Shown in pieces: positions 1 to 11,138 of a DNA stretch of 64,000 bases. The notes beneath the pieces are model-generated. The model was not told the origin of the DNA. It worked only from the letters and a program-made list of their open reading frames with translations, and made no database searches. The stretch covers positions 608,001-672,000 of the forward strand of contig CAWCKY010000003.1 in the NCBI GenBank assembly GCA_963796275.1, read 5' to 3'. The position numbers were made by a program, and so were the translations under genes. The DNA is from an uncultured Acidobacteriota bacterium. GTDB taxonomy: Bacteria > Acidobacteriota > Blastocatellia > RBC074. Each line of letters opens with the position of its first letter. Positions within the stretch are counted from its first letter, which is position 1.

Positions 1-579
1 GGCAAGTTTCAATTTACTCGCGTGTTTACCGACCAGAATCGGATCGCATCCTGTCGCCGCCAGCACGCGTGCTATCAGTTGTCCCAGCTTGCCATCGCCG
101 ATAACTGCTACCCGTTGAGATTGATTTATCTTGACCTGATCGAGTATTTCGCAGGCGGCCGCCAGCGGTTCTGTAAATACCGCATGACGATCGCTTACTG
201 CATCCGGAATTTTCAACAAATTTTCCGGCGGCAGCTTGAGATACTCGGCAAATGCTCCATCGCGATTGTGGATGCCGAGGACAGTTCTGTTCGGGCAATG
301 TCTGGGATCGCGTTGCAGGCAGAGATCGCATCGCCCGCAGCCCGCATTGATCTCGCCGACTACACGTTGACCGATCTGCGATTCATCCGGGGAGTCAACG
401 ACGATCCCGGTGAATTCGTGACCGAGTGTGCCATTGAAATTTGCGTAACCCCGCATAATCTCAATGTCGGTGTGGCAGATTCCCGCCATCGTAACGCGCA
501 CCAGTGCTTCACCGCCGCCATCGGGTACATCAAGATCAGTCAATTGTAATAAGCATTTATCAATACGAAGCGCCTTCAT
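1..579 (-). CDS. Zinc-dependent alcohol dehydrogenase (MDR family), 3' end outside the window
   Basis: Not in the ORF track. Manual translation from ATG at 579 (GGAG upstream) gives MKALRIDKCLLQLTDLDVPDGGGEALVRVTMAGICHTDIEIMRGYANFNGTLGHEFTG, containing the GICHTD and GHE Zn-binding motifs. Confidence 0.9.
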   Translation of the reverse strand, partial: MKALRIDKCLLQLTDLDVPDGGGEALVRVTMAGICHTDIEIMRGYANFNGTLGHEFTGIVVDSPDESQIGQRVVGEINAGCGRCDLCLQRDPRHCPNRTVLGIHNRDGAFAEYLKLPPENLLKIPDAVSDRHAVFTEPLAAACEILDQVKINQSQRVAVIGDGKLGQLIARVLAATGCDPILVGKHASKLKLA

Positions 580-662
580 CACTATTCTCCACTGGATTTT
601 TATTATGTGCTATGCAATCCTCAATTCGCTAAACTAGTTTTTCATTATGGAAGGAGAACGAG

Positions 663-1094
663 ATGTCAAGAGTCAAATCTGGTGATACTGTGAAGGTCCA
701 TTATACAGGGAAACTCGATAACGGTGAGATTTTTGACACATCAGAAGAAGGAGAACCGTTTTCATTTACGGTAGGAGAGGGGCAGGTCATCGACGGATTC
801 GATAATGCTTTGGTCGGAATGCAGGTTGGCGAGACGAAGGAGATTGTAGTTCCTCCGGATCAGGCATATGGGGAACGTGACGAAGACCTTGTTCAGCGAA
901 TAAGCCGCGATCAATTCAAGCTTACAGGTGTCGAACCTGAAGTCGGCATGGCAATTGAAATGCATACGCCGCAAGGAGTCATTCCGTTGATCATCAGCGA
1001 CCTGACCGAGACGACAGTGGAACTCGACGCGAATCATTCCCTCGCAGGAGAGAGTCTGTATTTCGCTTTAAAATTGGTTGAGATCGCAGCATAA
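663..1094 (+). CDS. FKBP-type peptidyl-prolyl cis-trans isomerase (SlyD/FkpB-like, no His-rich tail)
   Basis: VKVHYTGKLDNGEIFD, PPDQAYGE and LDANHSLAG motifs; AGGAG RBS. Confidence 0.92.
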   Translation: MSRVKSGDTVKVHYTGKLDNGEIFDTSEEGEPFSFTVGEGQVIDGFDNALVGMQVGETKEIVVPPDQAYGERDEDLVQRISRDQFKLTGVEPEVGMAIEMHTPQGVIPLIISDLTETTVELDANHSLAGESLYFALKLVEIAA

Positions 1095-1102
1095 ATTGTC
1101 GA

Positions 1103-1804
1103 ATGATACAATCGCAGGCACCACACGATTGGAACCTGACTCCAAGCGAGGCGATTGAAATTCAAAAGCGGATGCGCAGTCTGGTCAAGCTTCAATCCCA
1201 GACGCATGAATTCAAGAAAATTGCTGGGGCGGATCTATCGTACAATAAATTTTCGGATACTATTTATACGGGAATTGTCGTTTTGAGTTTCCCGGAATTG
1301 CAGGTGATCGAGTCGGTCGGTGTTCGCAGCGTGGCTAAATTCCCCTACGTACCAGGATTGCTCAGCTTTCGTGAAACGCCATCATTGCTTGAAGCTTGGG
1401 ATAAACTCAAGAACCGGCCTGATGTGTTGATGCTCGATGGACACGGGATGGCGCATCCGAGGCGCTTCGGCATCGCGTGCCACGTTGGCATCCTGCTGGA
1501 GATTCCGACGGTAGGTTGCGCGAAGAGTATACTCGTAGGCACGCACGATGTGCTCGCGCCAGACGCCGGTAACCATGCGCCGCTCATCGATCGAAGCGAG
1601 CAGATAGGAGTTGCTCTTCGAACGAAGAAAAATGTAACGCCGGTCTATGTCTCAGTAGGGCATCTGATAGATATTCCTTCAGCCATCAAACTAGTTTTGA
1701 ATTCGACTACCAAATATCGCCAGCCGGAACCTACACGGCAAGCACATCTGCTGGTCAATCGACTAAGAAAGGCCGATTGCGACGAGAAAAACGATTCCCG
1801 ATAA
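1103..1804 (+). CDS. nfi: Endonuclease V (deoxyinosine 3'-endonuclease)
   Basis: AGADLSY, FPYVPGLLSFRE, DGHGMAHPRRFGIACH and PEPTRQAH motifs. Confidence 0.95.
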   Translation: MIQSQAPHDWNLTPSEAIEIQKRMRSLVKLQSQTHEFKKIAGADLSYNKFSDTIYTGIVVLSFPELQVIESVGVRSVAKFPYVPGLLSFRETPSLLEAWDKLKNRPDVLMLDGHGMAHPRRFGIACHVGILLEIPTVGCAKSILVGTHDVLAPDAGNHAPLIDRSEQIGVALRTKKNVTPVYVSVGHLIDIPSAIKLVLNSTTKYRQPEPTRQAHLLVNRLRKADCDEKNDSR

Positions 1805-2290
1805 GATAAAATCTGCGATTTAGGGGGTGGGTGAAAACAAACGTTTTGCCTCGTCTGAATAACCAATTTAAAAAAACTGTTGGCCGTTCGTCTATGGGGA
1901 TTTGCGATCGCGTGGTTAAATGCGAAACTTTAGTATTTTCAGCGCAGGCTCTCATCACCTAGAGAATCTTTCCAGGCGGTTTTCGACGGACGAAATTCTC
2001 CTATCCCCCAGCGTCAACATCGTGCAACATGACGAGCGATGCTCATAGTATAACTCCGATTTTGCATATCGACCGATTATGTCGGCACAGACGACGATCA
2101 GACCAATGAAGTCGCTTCCAGGAATTTGTAGAAAATTATCAATTTAACCGGTTAGCGGGCGGCGCCCGGAAACAATGAAAATCGGCTTGCGTTGTACGGT
2201 AGGTTGCCGAACCTGCTGAATCTTCCTCGTCAGCCCATTCGGGAAGATCTCGCGGGTAAGACACCTACCCGACATATTTGAGGAGAAGAT

Positions 2291-3220
<930 letters not shown>

Positions 3221-3254
3221 GATCGCGGATTGTGTTTTTGCGAGATCGAAAGCG

Positions 3255-5000
3255 ATGAGTGATAAGCGAGAAACAGGACCGGATATTCAGACGGAACGAC
3301 CCGGCGGAAATGTTAAAACGTCCGATCCGCAAGCTGCTATCCGCAAGCCGCAATCAGTTGCACGTTCAGCCGGGATCGTCAGCATTGCCGTGATGGGCAG
3401 TCGCATCCTGGGTCTGATTCGCGAACTTGTATTCGCCGCGTTCTTCGGCGCCGGATTCGCCATGGACGCATTTATCATCGCCTTTCGCGTACCCAATCTG
3501 TTACGGGACCTGTTTGCCGAGGGGGCATTGTCCGCCGCCTTCGTCACTACTTTTTCACAAACGATCACGAAACGAGGCGAGAACGCGGCGTGGCGACTCG
3601 CAAACATGGTTAATAATGGATTGCTCGTCGTCCTCTCGCCGATCGTCATCGCCGGAATTGTATTTGCTCCTCAGTTAGTCGGCCTTCTGATCGAACCGGA
3701 CAAATATCAAACCGATGCGCAAACGGCAAACCTCACTTTTGATCTGGCCGTGATGATGACGCGGATCATGTTGCCCTTCCTCATTATGGTCTCGCTGTCG
3801 GCTGTGGCGATGGGTGTTCTCAACACCAAAGATCGCTTTGGCGTTCCGGCGTCGGCCTCCACGATGTTCAACGTCGGCGCGATCATCGGCGGCCTGGCCT
3901 TCGCTTACCTGCTGGCCCCGGATTACATCGAGGCGGTTATTCACGGCAGGCTCGGAGACGCCGATGGCGTATCTCGCGCGATCGTTGGTATGGCTATCGG
4001 GACGCTGATCGGCGGAATACTCCAATGGTTGATTCAGGTGCCGAGCCTCCACTCTGTCGGATACCGCTGGGAGTCGGTATTGAGTTTTAGGGATGAAAAT
4101 GTCCGGCAGGTCATGAGGTTGATGGCGCCTGCCATCATCGGCTCGGCTGCATTGCAAGTCAACGTTTTTATCAATACGAAGTTCGCTTCCGGACTGGGTG
4201 AAGGTCCGGTCTCGTGGCTATCCTACGCATTCAGGCTGATCTACCTGCCGATCGGAATCTTTGGCGTTGCCATATCGACCGCGACTTTGCCGGCTGCCTC
4301 CCGCGCAGCGGCGCTCGACAAACTGGATGAATTTCGCCGCACGATCGCGTCATCGCTGCGGCTGACTTTCCTCCTGACCATTCCTTCGGCCATCGGACTG
4401 ATCGTGCTCAGCCGGCCCATCATTTCATTGATATACGAGCGCGGCCGTTTCGATGCGTTCGATACGGAACAAACGGCTGTCGCACTCCTTTACAACGCGA
4501 TAGGACTGACCGCATATTCTGGCGTCCGCGTCCTCGCTCCTGCATTCTATGCGCTGAAAGACGCGCGCATTCCGATGATCGCCAGTCTGCTGTCGATCGG
4601 CATCAATTATGCAGTGGCAAGCCTGACCGTTAACTATTTAAACATCGGTCATCGCGGTCTCGCGTTATCGATCTCCGCCGTTGCGATTATCAACTTTCTA
4701 TTCTTATTTCTAGTGATGCGCCGCAGGCTGGGCAAAATCGAAGGGCGCAGCCTCGCCATGGTATTCATCAAAGTTTCGGCGGCATCGTGTATGATGGGCG
4801 CGGTATGCTGGGTTGTCAGCCGGCAACTTGAGCACCATTTGGGTTTGGAATCGTTGCTCGATCGTCTGATAAATGTTGGGGTTTCAATTGCGATCGGTAT
4901 TGCGGTGCTTTACCCTGCGGCGCGACTGATGAGATTGCATGAAATCGAGCAACTCACCGAGGTGCTACAGAGAAAGTTTGGCAGGTTTTTCCGAAGGTAA
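3255..5000 (+). CDS. murJ: Lipid II flippase MurJ (MviN)
   Basis: SRILGLIRE, AFRVPNLLRDLFAEGALSAAF and ERGRF motifs; multiple TM segments; ATG at 3255 chosen as start. Confidence 0.93.
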   Translation: MSDKRETGPDIQTERPGGNVKTSDPQAAIRKPQSVARSAGIVSIAVMGSRILGLIRELVFAAFFGAGFAMDAFIIAFRVPNLLRDLFAEGALSAAFVTTFSQTITKRGENAAWRLANMVNNGLLVVLSPIVIAGIVFAPQLVGLLIEPDKYQTDAQTANLTFDLAVMMTRIMLPFLIMVSLSAVAMGVLNTKDRFGVPASASTMFNVGAIIGGLAFAYLLAPDYIEAVIHGRLGDADGVSRAIVGMAIGTLIGGILQWLIQVPSLHSVGYRWESVLSFRDENVRQVMRLMAPAIIGSAALQVNVFINTKFASGLGEGPVSWLSYAFRLIYLPIGIFGVAISTATLPAASRAAALDKLDEFRRTIASSLRLTFLLTIPSAIGLIVLSRPIISLIYERGRFDAFDTEQTAVALLYNAIGLTAYSGVRVLAPAFYALKDARIPMIASLLSIGINYAVASLTVNYLNIGHRGLALSISAVAIINFLFLFLVMRRRLGKIEGRSLAMVFIKVSAASCMMGAVCWVVSRQLEHHLGLESLLDRLINVGVSIAIGIAVLYPAARLMRLHEIEQLTEVLQRKFGRFFRR

Positions 5001-5046
5001 CTTGATATTTATGATTCCAGAGCAGTGAACAACGGAGGAATTGAAG

Positions 5047-6108
5047 ATGAAGAGACTATTGTTGCTGTTTCTATGTTTGATGACGATCGGAGTCGCGACC
5101 TTGATTTTCGCGCGTCAGGAGAGGGCCGTCGGGCGCGGCCTGGGAATTTATTATATCGATGTCGAGGGCGGAGCCGCTACTCTGATTGTCACACCTGCGG
5201 GGGAATCGGTTCTGGTAGATGCCGGTTGGCCGGGTTTCGATGGGCGTGACGCTAGACGAATCGAAAAAGCGATGAAATCAGCCGGCATCGAGCGGATCGA
5301 CCATATGGTCATAACTCATTATCACACCGACCACTATGGAGGGGTGCCGGAACTCGCAAAACTCGTAAAGATCGAGAAGTTTTATGATCATGGCCCGCTC
5401 ACTTCGCTGGATGAAGACAAAGGCTTCGCCACGAAATATGCGGCCTACCAGTCTGTAACCAAAGGCAAATCCATCACGCTCAAGCCCGGCAGCACGATCG
5501 AGCTGAAAAGCGCTTCCGGCACGCAACGGATTTCATTGAAATGCCTCGCCGCCCGGGCTGATATCATTTCGGGGAAGAAAGAGAGCGGTGCGGCAAATCA
5601 GGAATGCGCCAATGCCGCATTGAAGCCTGAAGACAAATCGGATAACGCCCGCAGCGTAGTCCTATTGCTCAGCTACGGTGCATTCGATTTTCTTGATACA
5701 GGCGATCTGACCTGGAATGTAGAACAGAAGCTCGTCTGTCCGGCGAATTTGATCGGCGAGATCGACCTTTACCAGGTATCCCATCATGGTTTGAATATAA
5801 GCAATAATCAGGCGTTACTGCGCAGCATCAAGCCCGAGGTTGCAATTATGAATAACGGCCCGCGTAAGGGCGGTCATCCAGACACCGTAAAATGGCTGTT
5901 AGAGCTGCCCACGCTCAAGGATCTCTGGCAGGTGCATCGCAACGTAACGAGTACTCCGGAGCAGAACGCGCCGGCAGATTTTATTGCCAATCTCGAAGAA
6001 CAGAACGATGACGCGCATCTGATTCGCGTTTCGGTCGATGCAGCAAAACGAACATTTACTGTGACGAATGACCGCAACGGAAAGAATAAGTCTTATCAGA
6101 TTAAATAA
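5047..6108 (+). CDS. Secreted MBL-fold metallo-hydrolase (ComEC/Rec2-like)
   Basis: Signal peptide; IDVEGG, THYHTDHYGG, TGDL and SHHG motifs. Confidence 0.85.
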   Translation: MKRLLLLFLCLMTIGVATLIFARQERAVGRGLGIYYIDVEGGAATLIVTPAGESVLVDAGWPGFDGRDARRIEKAMKSAGIERIDHMVITHYHTDHYGGVPELAKLVKIEKFYDHGPLTSLDEDKGFATKYAAYQSVTKGKSITLKPGSTIELKSASGTQRISLKCLAARADIISGKKESGAANQECANAALKPEDKSDNARSVVLLLSYGAFDFLDTGDLTWNVEQKLVCPANLIGEIDLYQVSHHGLNISNNQALLRSIKPEVAIMNNGPRKGGHPDTVKWLLELPTLKDLWQVHRNVTSTPEQNAPADFIANLEEQNDDAHLIRVSVDAAKRTFTVTNDRNGKNKSYQIK

Positions 6109-6115
6109 GCTAAAA

Positions 6116-6436
6116 ATGAAAGTCCAACTTCTCAAAATCGCACATGCACGCTCGGGGGATAAAGGAGATACAGCGAATATCGGTCTGATCGCTCTCAAAC
6201 CCGAGTATTACCCTGTTCTTGTCAGAGAGGTGACGGCTGAGCGCGTCAGAAAACACTTCGACGGTATCTGTAAAGGCGAGGTGGAGAGATTTGAACTGCC
6301 GAATCTAAATGCGCTTAATTTTCTCCTGCATCAAAGCCTCGGCGGTGGCGGAACGATCTCTCTCAAATCAGATCCCCAGGGGAAAACTTTGAGCTCAGCC
6401 TTGCTCAGGATGGAGATCGAAATAGTTGATAATTGA
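6116..6436 (+). CDS. AtuA C-terminal-like small ferredoxin-fold protein
   Basis: AHARSGDKGDTANIG...LGGGG...DPQGK motifs. Confidence 0.8.
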   Translation: MKVQLLKIAHARSGDKGDTANIGLIALKPEYYPVLVREVTAERVRKHFDGICKGEVERFELPNLNALNFLLHQSLGGGGTISLKSDPQGKTLSSALLRMEIEIVDN

Positions 6437-6477
6437 TAGTGAAGAACCTTACATCTCACACTATCAACTATCAACTA

Positions 6478-7686
6478 TCAACTCTCTTTCTTTGCTTTCC
6501 CCGGTCCGGGGGGAAGTTCTTGCGATGCAATGGCAAGAGCATTGTTCTCGTCCTGGGTATTTATGTCAGAGTAAGCTGAATCATTGTCGTCTCCGGAAAT
6601 CAAAAGTCCTCCGGAATGTTTAGAGAAGACTAACTTGCCGATCTCAGGCGAGTAATCCACAATCAACACATCTCCCAGAGCCACCTGCTCGGTTGCGATC
6701 AGGTTCGAAAGCGGGTAGACAAGAAATCTTTCGATCGCTCGTTTCAGGTGCCGCGCCCCATATTTGAAATCGATCCCTTCATCGAGGAGGAATTTTTTGG
6801 CCGCATCGGTGCATTTGAAGATAAACGTATCCCCGCTGCCGCGTATGATTCGTTCCTGCACCGCGCTCAGCTCGATCTCGAGAATCTGCCGCAGATGCTC
6901 ATCTCGCAGGCTGCGAAAGACAACTACTTTGTCGATCCGATTCATGAATTCCGGAGAGAATTTGCGACGCGCCGCCTCCACTGCCGTACGGTATATCTTC
7001 TGATCTACTTCATTATCGATCACTCCAGATTTCGGCGCAAAACCGATACCTCCCGAAATCAACTCGCTCATCTCGCGCGCACCGAGATTAGATGTCATTA
7101 TTACTATCGCTTTCGAGAAGTCTACCCTGCGGTTATCGCCAAGTGTGAGCGTTGCTTTATCAAGGATACCCAGAAGTAACTGCCATAAGGCATCACTAGC
7201 TTTTTCAATTTCGTCGAATAGCACGAGGGAGAGTTTGACCACGTCGCTATGCGATCTGTCGAGATTCTCCTGAGTAAGCATAGGGGCGGTTTCGCGATGA
7301 CCCAGATAACCTGGGGGGGAACCGATAAGTTTAGCGATTTCGTGTGAGTGTTGAAACTCCGCGCAATCGATCTTGGTTACAAGATTGGGATCGCCGAAGA
7401 GGACTTCGGCGGCGGCTTCAACGACTCGGGTTTTGCCGGAGCCGGTCGGTCCCAAAAAAAGAAGTGTGCCGATCGGGCGTCCAGGATGCGCGAGACCGGC
7501 CAGATAAATCTGATACAGACCGGTTATGCGACGTACTGCGCGATCCTGCCCTACTATCAGCGCCGAAAGCTTGTCTTCAAACTCCTGCGCTTGCGGGCTT
7601 TTCAGATCAGGATTTAAATAAGGGCTTGTTATCGCCGGTTTTTGTGCGCTATTGGTCATGTCTTTGGCCTCCTCGCTTTCCCCCAC
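6478..7686 (-). CDS. Stand-alone ClpA/ClpB D2-type AAA+ ATPase
   Basis: IVGQ, Walker A GPTGSGKT, GSPPGYLG pore loop, Walker B LFDEIEKA, PEFMNRID, GARHLKR. Confidence 0.9.
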   Translation of the reverse strand: MGESEEAKDMTNSAQKPAITSPYLNPDLKSPQAQEFEDKLSALIVGQDRAVRRITGLYQIYLAGLAHPGRPIGTLLFLGPTGSGKTRVVEAAAEVLFGDPNLVTKIDCAEFQHSHEIAKLIGSPPGYLGHRETAPMLTQENLDRSHSDVVKLSLVLFDEIEKASDALWQLLLGILDKATLTLGDNRRVDFSKAIVIMTSNLGAREMSELISGGIGFAPKSGVIDNEVDQKIYRTAVEAARRKFSPEFMNRIDKVVVFRSLRDEHLRQILEIELSAVQERIIRGSGDTFIFKCTDAAKKFLLDEGIDFKYGARHLKRAIERFLVYPLSNLIATEQVALGDVLIVDYSPEIGKLVFSKHSGGLLISGDDNDSAYSDINTQDENNALAIASQELPPGPGKAKKES

Positions 7687-8095
7687 AAATTAGGTTGCCA
7701 TCTACAAAACTTGAGAACGATAGTTGGATGATCAATTTGCTAATCTCGTTGTGCTTATTCTCTACCTCCGCACTGAAATCTCCATCTTGAGATAAGTATC
7801 GGCTTATTGATTTCAATTGACGTCTTATTAATCGGTTTGGTTACGATCAGTTTGCCTGTCGCCGTCCTATTTGCACAAATACTGTTAAGATCAATAGCTG
7901 TGTGTCAATCCTGGCTGTGGAGGGGTCTTTCATTTCTTTATAATACTCAATTTGGTCACACCTTTCAATCACCCGAAATTTATAGTTTGTGTGATGCTCA
8001 ATTGAGAATCACCGATTTTTTATGCGAGAGAACGATTTAACCGGCAAATAGGTTCTACAATAAAATTGACTAATCAATGAGCAAACATGCCGAAA

Positions 8096-9184
8096 TCAAT
8101 ATTTAGTCTCAGGCTCTCCTTCGAATTTCTTGGGGTTGATCGGGCGATTGATCTCGAACTCGTTGAATGTCAGTTCTTCAATGATCTCATTATTTAATGT
8201 GGTTGTAATGCGATGAGGCAACAGCACGCGGGAGACCATTCTATACTCGGAGAACCTCATCTGCATTTCATAGGGCTGTGGAGGTGTAGTTCGCTCCTGC
8301 CTTTCCCGCTGCGCACGTTGTATCGTTTCCCGAAAAAATCTGGAATTGTAAAATCCGGGGGCCTCGATAATCACGGTCTTGTGGCGTATCGCGATATATT
8401 TCCAGGCGAGCGCCAGCGGTATATTCGATTTTGGGTCGAGCAGCAGAAACATTCGATTATTTTCCGGGTCTGTCACAACAATGGCATTCGCCTCGGCATC
8501 GAGAGAAGCTATCCGGCCCAAATAAGTGAATTGAAGTGGATAAGCGGGAAGAGCTGTTAAAAGCATGCCCAGGGAGAAGATAGACAATTGTTGCCGCGCT
8601 CCTCGCCGTTGCAACTCAGTGGTTTTTTCGAAATCATCGACATCGATCACCCTATTATCTCGGTGCGAGCTGATAGCCCGTAATGGCGGATTGCGCCAAG
8701 CTCGAGCGCCATTGACGACCTCAATAAAAGCGAAAGGGAAGCCTCTCAATCGTTCGCCGGATGTGCGCTTGCGGAACCGCTCAGGCAGCAGAAAATCCAG
8801 TTCGATTTTCCCTGATAAGACTTTCTCTTTCTCGACCACTTTCTTCGGCGATTGGATGCTGACGTATTTGAGCGGACGGCGCAGTTTGGCGGAGACCGAG
8901 AGGGTCTGTATGCTGTTTAGCGCATCTTCACCGCCAAGCGCTACCCGAGCCAGTTTGATCAACTCCCCCGCTCGCTCCACCTTCGCTCCGTCCGCGGCAG
9001 AAGGTGTTTTTTGGCTTGTTTCAGGTCCTTGCTGCCGATAAATGTTTCCGGCGTCGGTAACCTTCGAAACGTACAAAAGCGAAATCGAAAAAGGCAAAAA
9101 GAGACAGTAAAGGCAAAATTTATTTTGTCTCCTTTGACGGTTTTCCACTTTTCCGGTTCCGGTTTGCATTCTGTTATGAGGCAT
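8096..9184 (-). CDS. Hypothetical exported protein (start uncertain), related to 23401..24222
   Basis: 362-aa ORF with hydrophobic N-terminal segment; ALGGEDAL...YRMVSRVLLPHRI pattern shared with the 23401..24222 protein. Confidence 0.7.
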   Translation of the reverse strand: MPHNRMQTGTGKVENRQRRQNKFCLYCLFLPFSISLLYVSKVTDAGNIYRQQGPETSQKTPSAADGAKVERAGELIKLARVALGGEDALNSIQTLSVSAKLRRPLKYVSIQSPKKVVEKEKVLSGKIELDFLLPERFRKRTSGERLRGFPFAFIEVVNGARAWRNPPLRAISSHRDNRVIDVDDFEKTTELQRRGARQQLSIFSLGMLLTALPAYPLQFTYLGRIASLDAEANAIVVTDPENNRMFLLLDPKSNIPLALAWKYIAIRHKTVIIEAPGFYNSRFFRETIQRAQRERQERTTPPQPYEMQMRFSEYRMVSRVLLPHRITTTLNNEIIEELTFNEFEINRPINPKKFEGEPETKY

Positions 9185-9300
9185 AACTTAAATTGTTTGT
9201 ACTGAGTTCGATCATTCTGCCATGAAATTAAAAGAAGACTCCATATACCTGCTTCCTTTCATCTCATCGATTTATTAGGTAACATTCTACAGTAATATCG

Positions 9301-10158
9301 ATGAAAAATTCCGTTTTATCCAGACTCACAAAACGGCGCACCGAGCGTAGAAGATGGCGACAGACGTTTGCTGCGTTTTTAAAGGCCGCAATGATCGAGC
9401 CTCGCCGCGTCGAAGTCACCTATCAGCGCATTATAATTACAAAGCTTCCGCGGGCATTCGACGGGTTTCGCATCGTTCAGCTTTCCGACATTCATCATAG
9501 CCCATTTCTGGGAATAGAAGAGATCTCTGAAGCGGTACGTCGAGCGAATGAGTTGAAACCCGATCTGATCGCGCTCACCGGCGATTATGTATCACATTCG
9601 CGCGAATATATTGACGGTTGCGCTCAGGCGCTCGGAATGCTACGCGCCCAGCATGGCGTCTTCGCCGTCCTGGGCAACCACGACCATTGGACTGACGCCG
9701 AGAAGATGGCGGCCTCGCTGACGCGGCAGGGTATTCGAGTTTTGGTTAACGAGAATGTGCGCATCGGTGTGAATGGATCGTGCATTTGCCTTGCAGGCAT
9801 CGATGATTTGATCGCCGGGCGCTATGACCTGCCTCAGGCATTGAGAGGCACCAGCAGTACTGAATCTCGTATTTTATTGGCGCACAATCCAGCTATCATT
9901 CGCGAAGCCGCGCGCGCGGGCGTGGATCTGGTTCTTTCCGGTCATACGCACGGAGGTCAGATCAACTGGAGGCTGTTGATCGGCCGCGAAGACCGTAAAA
10001 CCGCCCGCTGGTTGCGCCGCCCAAGCCGCCGCCTGATGCGCGGCCACGCTCAGCTCGGTTCGACTCAACTTTACGTCAACCGCGGATTGGGTACCGTGGT
10101 TGTTCCGCTGCGATACGGCTGTGCACCGGAAATCACCGTGATCGAACTGACAGGCTGA
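9301..10158 (+). CDS. Metallophosphoesterase (YkuE/YaeI-like)
   Basis: SDIH, LTGDY, LGNHDH, AHNP and LSGHTHGGQ motifs. Confidence 0.92.
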   Translation: MKNSVLSRLTKRRTERRRWRQTFAAFLKAAMIEPRRVEVTYQRIIITKLPRAFDGFRIVQLSDIHHSPFLGIEEISEAVRRANELKPDLIALTGDYVSHSREYIDGCAQALGMLRAQHGVFAVLGNHDHWTDAEKMAASLTRQGIRVLVNENVRIGVNGSCICLAGIDDLIAGRYDLPQALRGTSSTESRILLAHNPAIIREAARAGVDLVLSGHTHGGQINWRLLIGREDRKTARWLRRPSRRLMRGHAQLGSTQLYVNRGLGTVVVPLRYGCAPEITVIELTG

Positions 10159-10285
10159 TTCATCCCCTATAACAAAATAAATAAAGTCATCGGTCGCCGG
10201 CGTCCGGGCCGAGATCGCATATCAAATCCAACGACGTTTAAGCGCCGACGCCCCGCTGTCAATAACGCGGGCAAGCAAAGATATG

Positions 10286-10615
10286 TCATGACTCGCTTCT
10301 CGGTCGCACCGATCCGCTGATTGGTTTACGGTTCGTCTCGCCTGTTTCGAGGACCGGTATCCCAGTATCCACTTCCGAGTGTGGCCGTGGAATGATGTGA
10401 GTAGAAACGACCTCACCTATCTTTGAGGCAGCCGCCGCTCCGGCTTCAACTGCAGCCTTCACCGCGCCTACTTCTCCGCGCACGATCGCTGTCACCAGAC
10501 CCGCATCGATCTTTTCATAACCGACCAGTCGAACATTCGCTGATTTAACCATTGCATCGGCCGCTTCAATCATCGTGACGAGGCCGCGGCATTCGATCAT
10601 TCCGAGTGCTTCCAT
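10286..10615 (-). CDS. Bacterial microcompartment hexamer shell protein (BMC-H, EutM/PduA-like)
   Basis: [36 protein letters not shown] and HIIPRPH motifs. Confidence 0.93.
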   Translation of the reverse strand: MEALGMIECRGLVTMIEAADAMVKSANVRLVGYEKIDAGLVTAIVRGEVGAVKAAVEAGAAAASKIGEVVSTHIIPRPHSEVDTGIPVLETGETNRKPISGSVRPRSES

Positions 10616-11138
10616 AATAATTTCTCCAATCCAGTTTATTTAGCCGGCCCTGATTCTAAATCAGAATAAATAACTTGTGGAGATGTAAAAACGAATCGGC
10701 AGAAATAACCCTACAGCCCTGGCGGCCAGATGCCCACGGTGGGAGATTCAAATTCTATGGTTCCGGCATTAATCCCGCAGGATATTTCCCCGTCACCTTA
10801 TGTGTCATGTTTCACCGGATAATTGCCACTCTTATCCGTAGCGATGATCGGTGAGCATATAGGCTCGCGATCAAGATTGTCTGACACAAACATTACATTG
10901 TTAGTCAGACAAGGCTCAGTGTGCCCGCGGGACGGCATGGGCGTTTTGAGTAACCGGATGTGCAGGGGCTAGGGGTGGCCGACTGCGTCCGGCTCTGTCA
11001 GGCGCTCCATCGCCGGCCCGAGGCGCGCTGTCGCAACAGCTCCATCTCGCCAAGATAAAATAACCAAGTTAAAATAAAAGACATCTTCTCCATTGCCTTG
11101 ATCAGATTCAACATAGGAAAGTGGCGTGGTCCATATTA

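Noticed and set aside
22-549. 175-aa plus-strand ORF
   Set aside because: Antisense shadow of the minus-strand Zn-dependent dehydrogenase, which has clear motifs and an RBS
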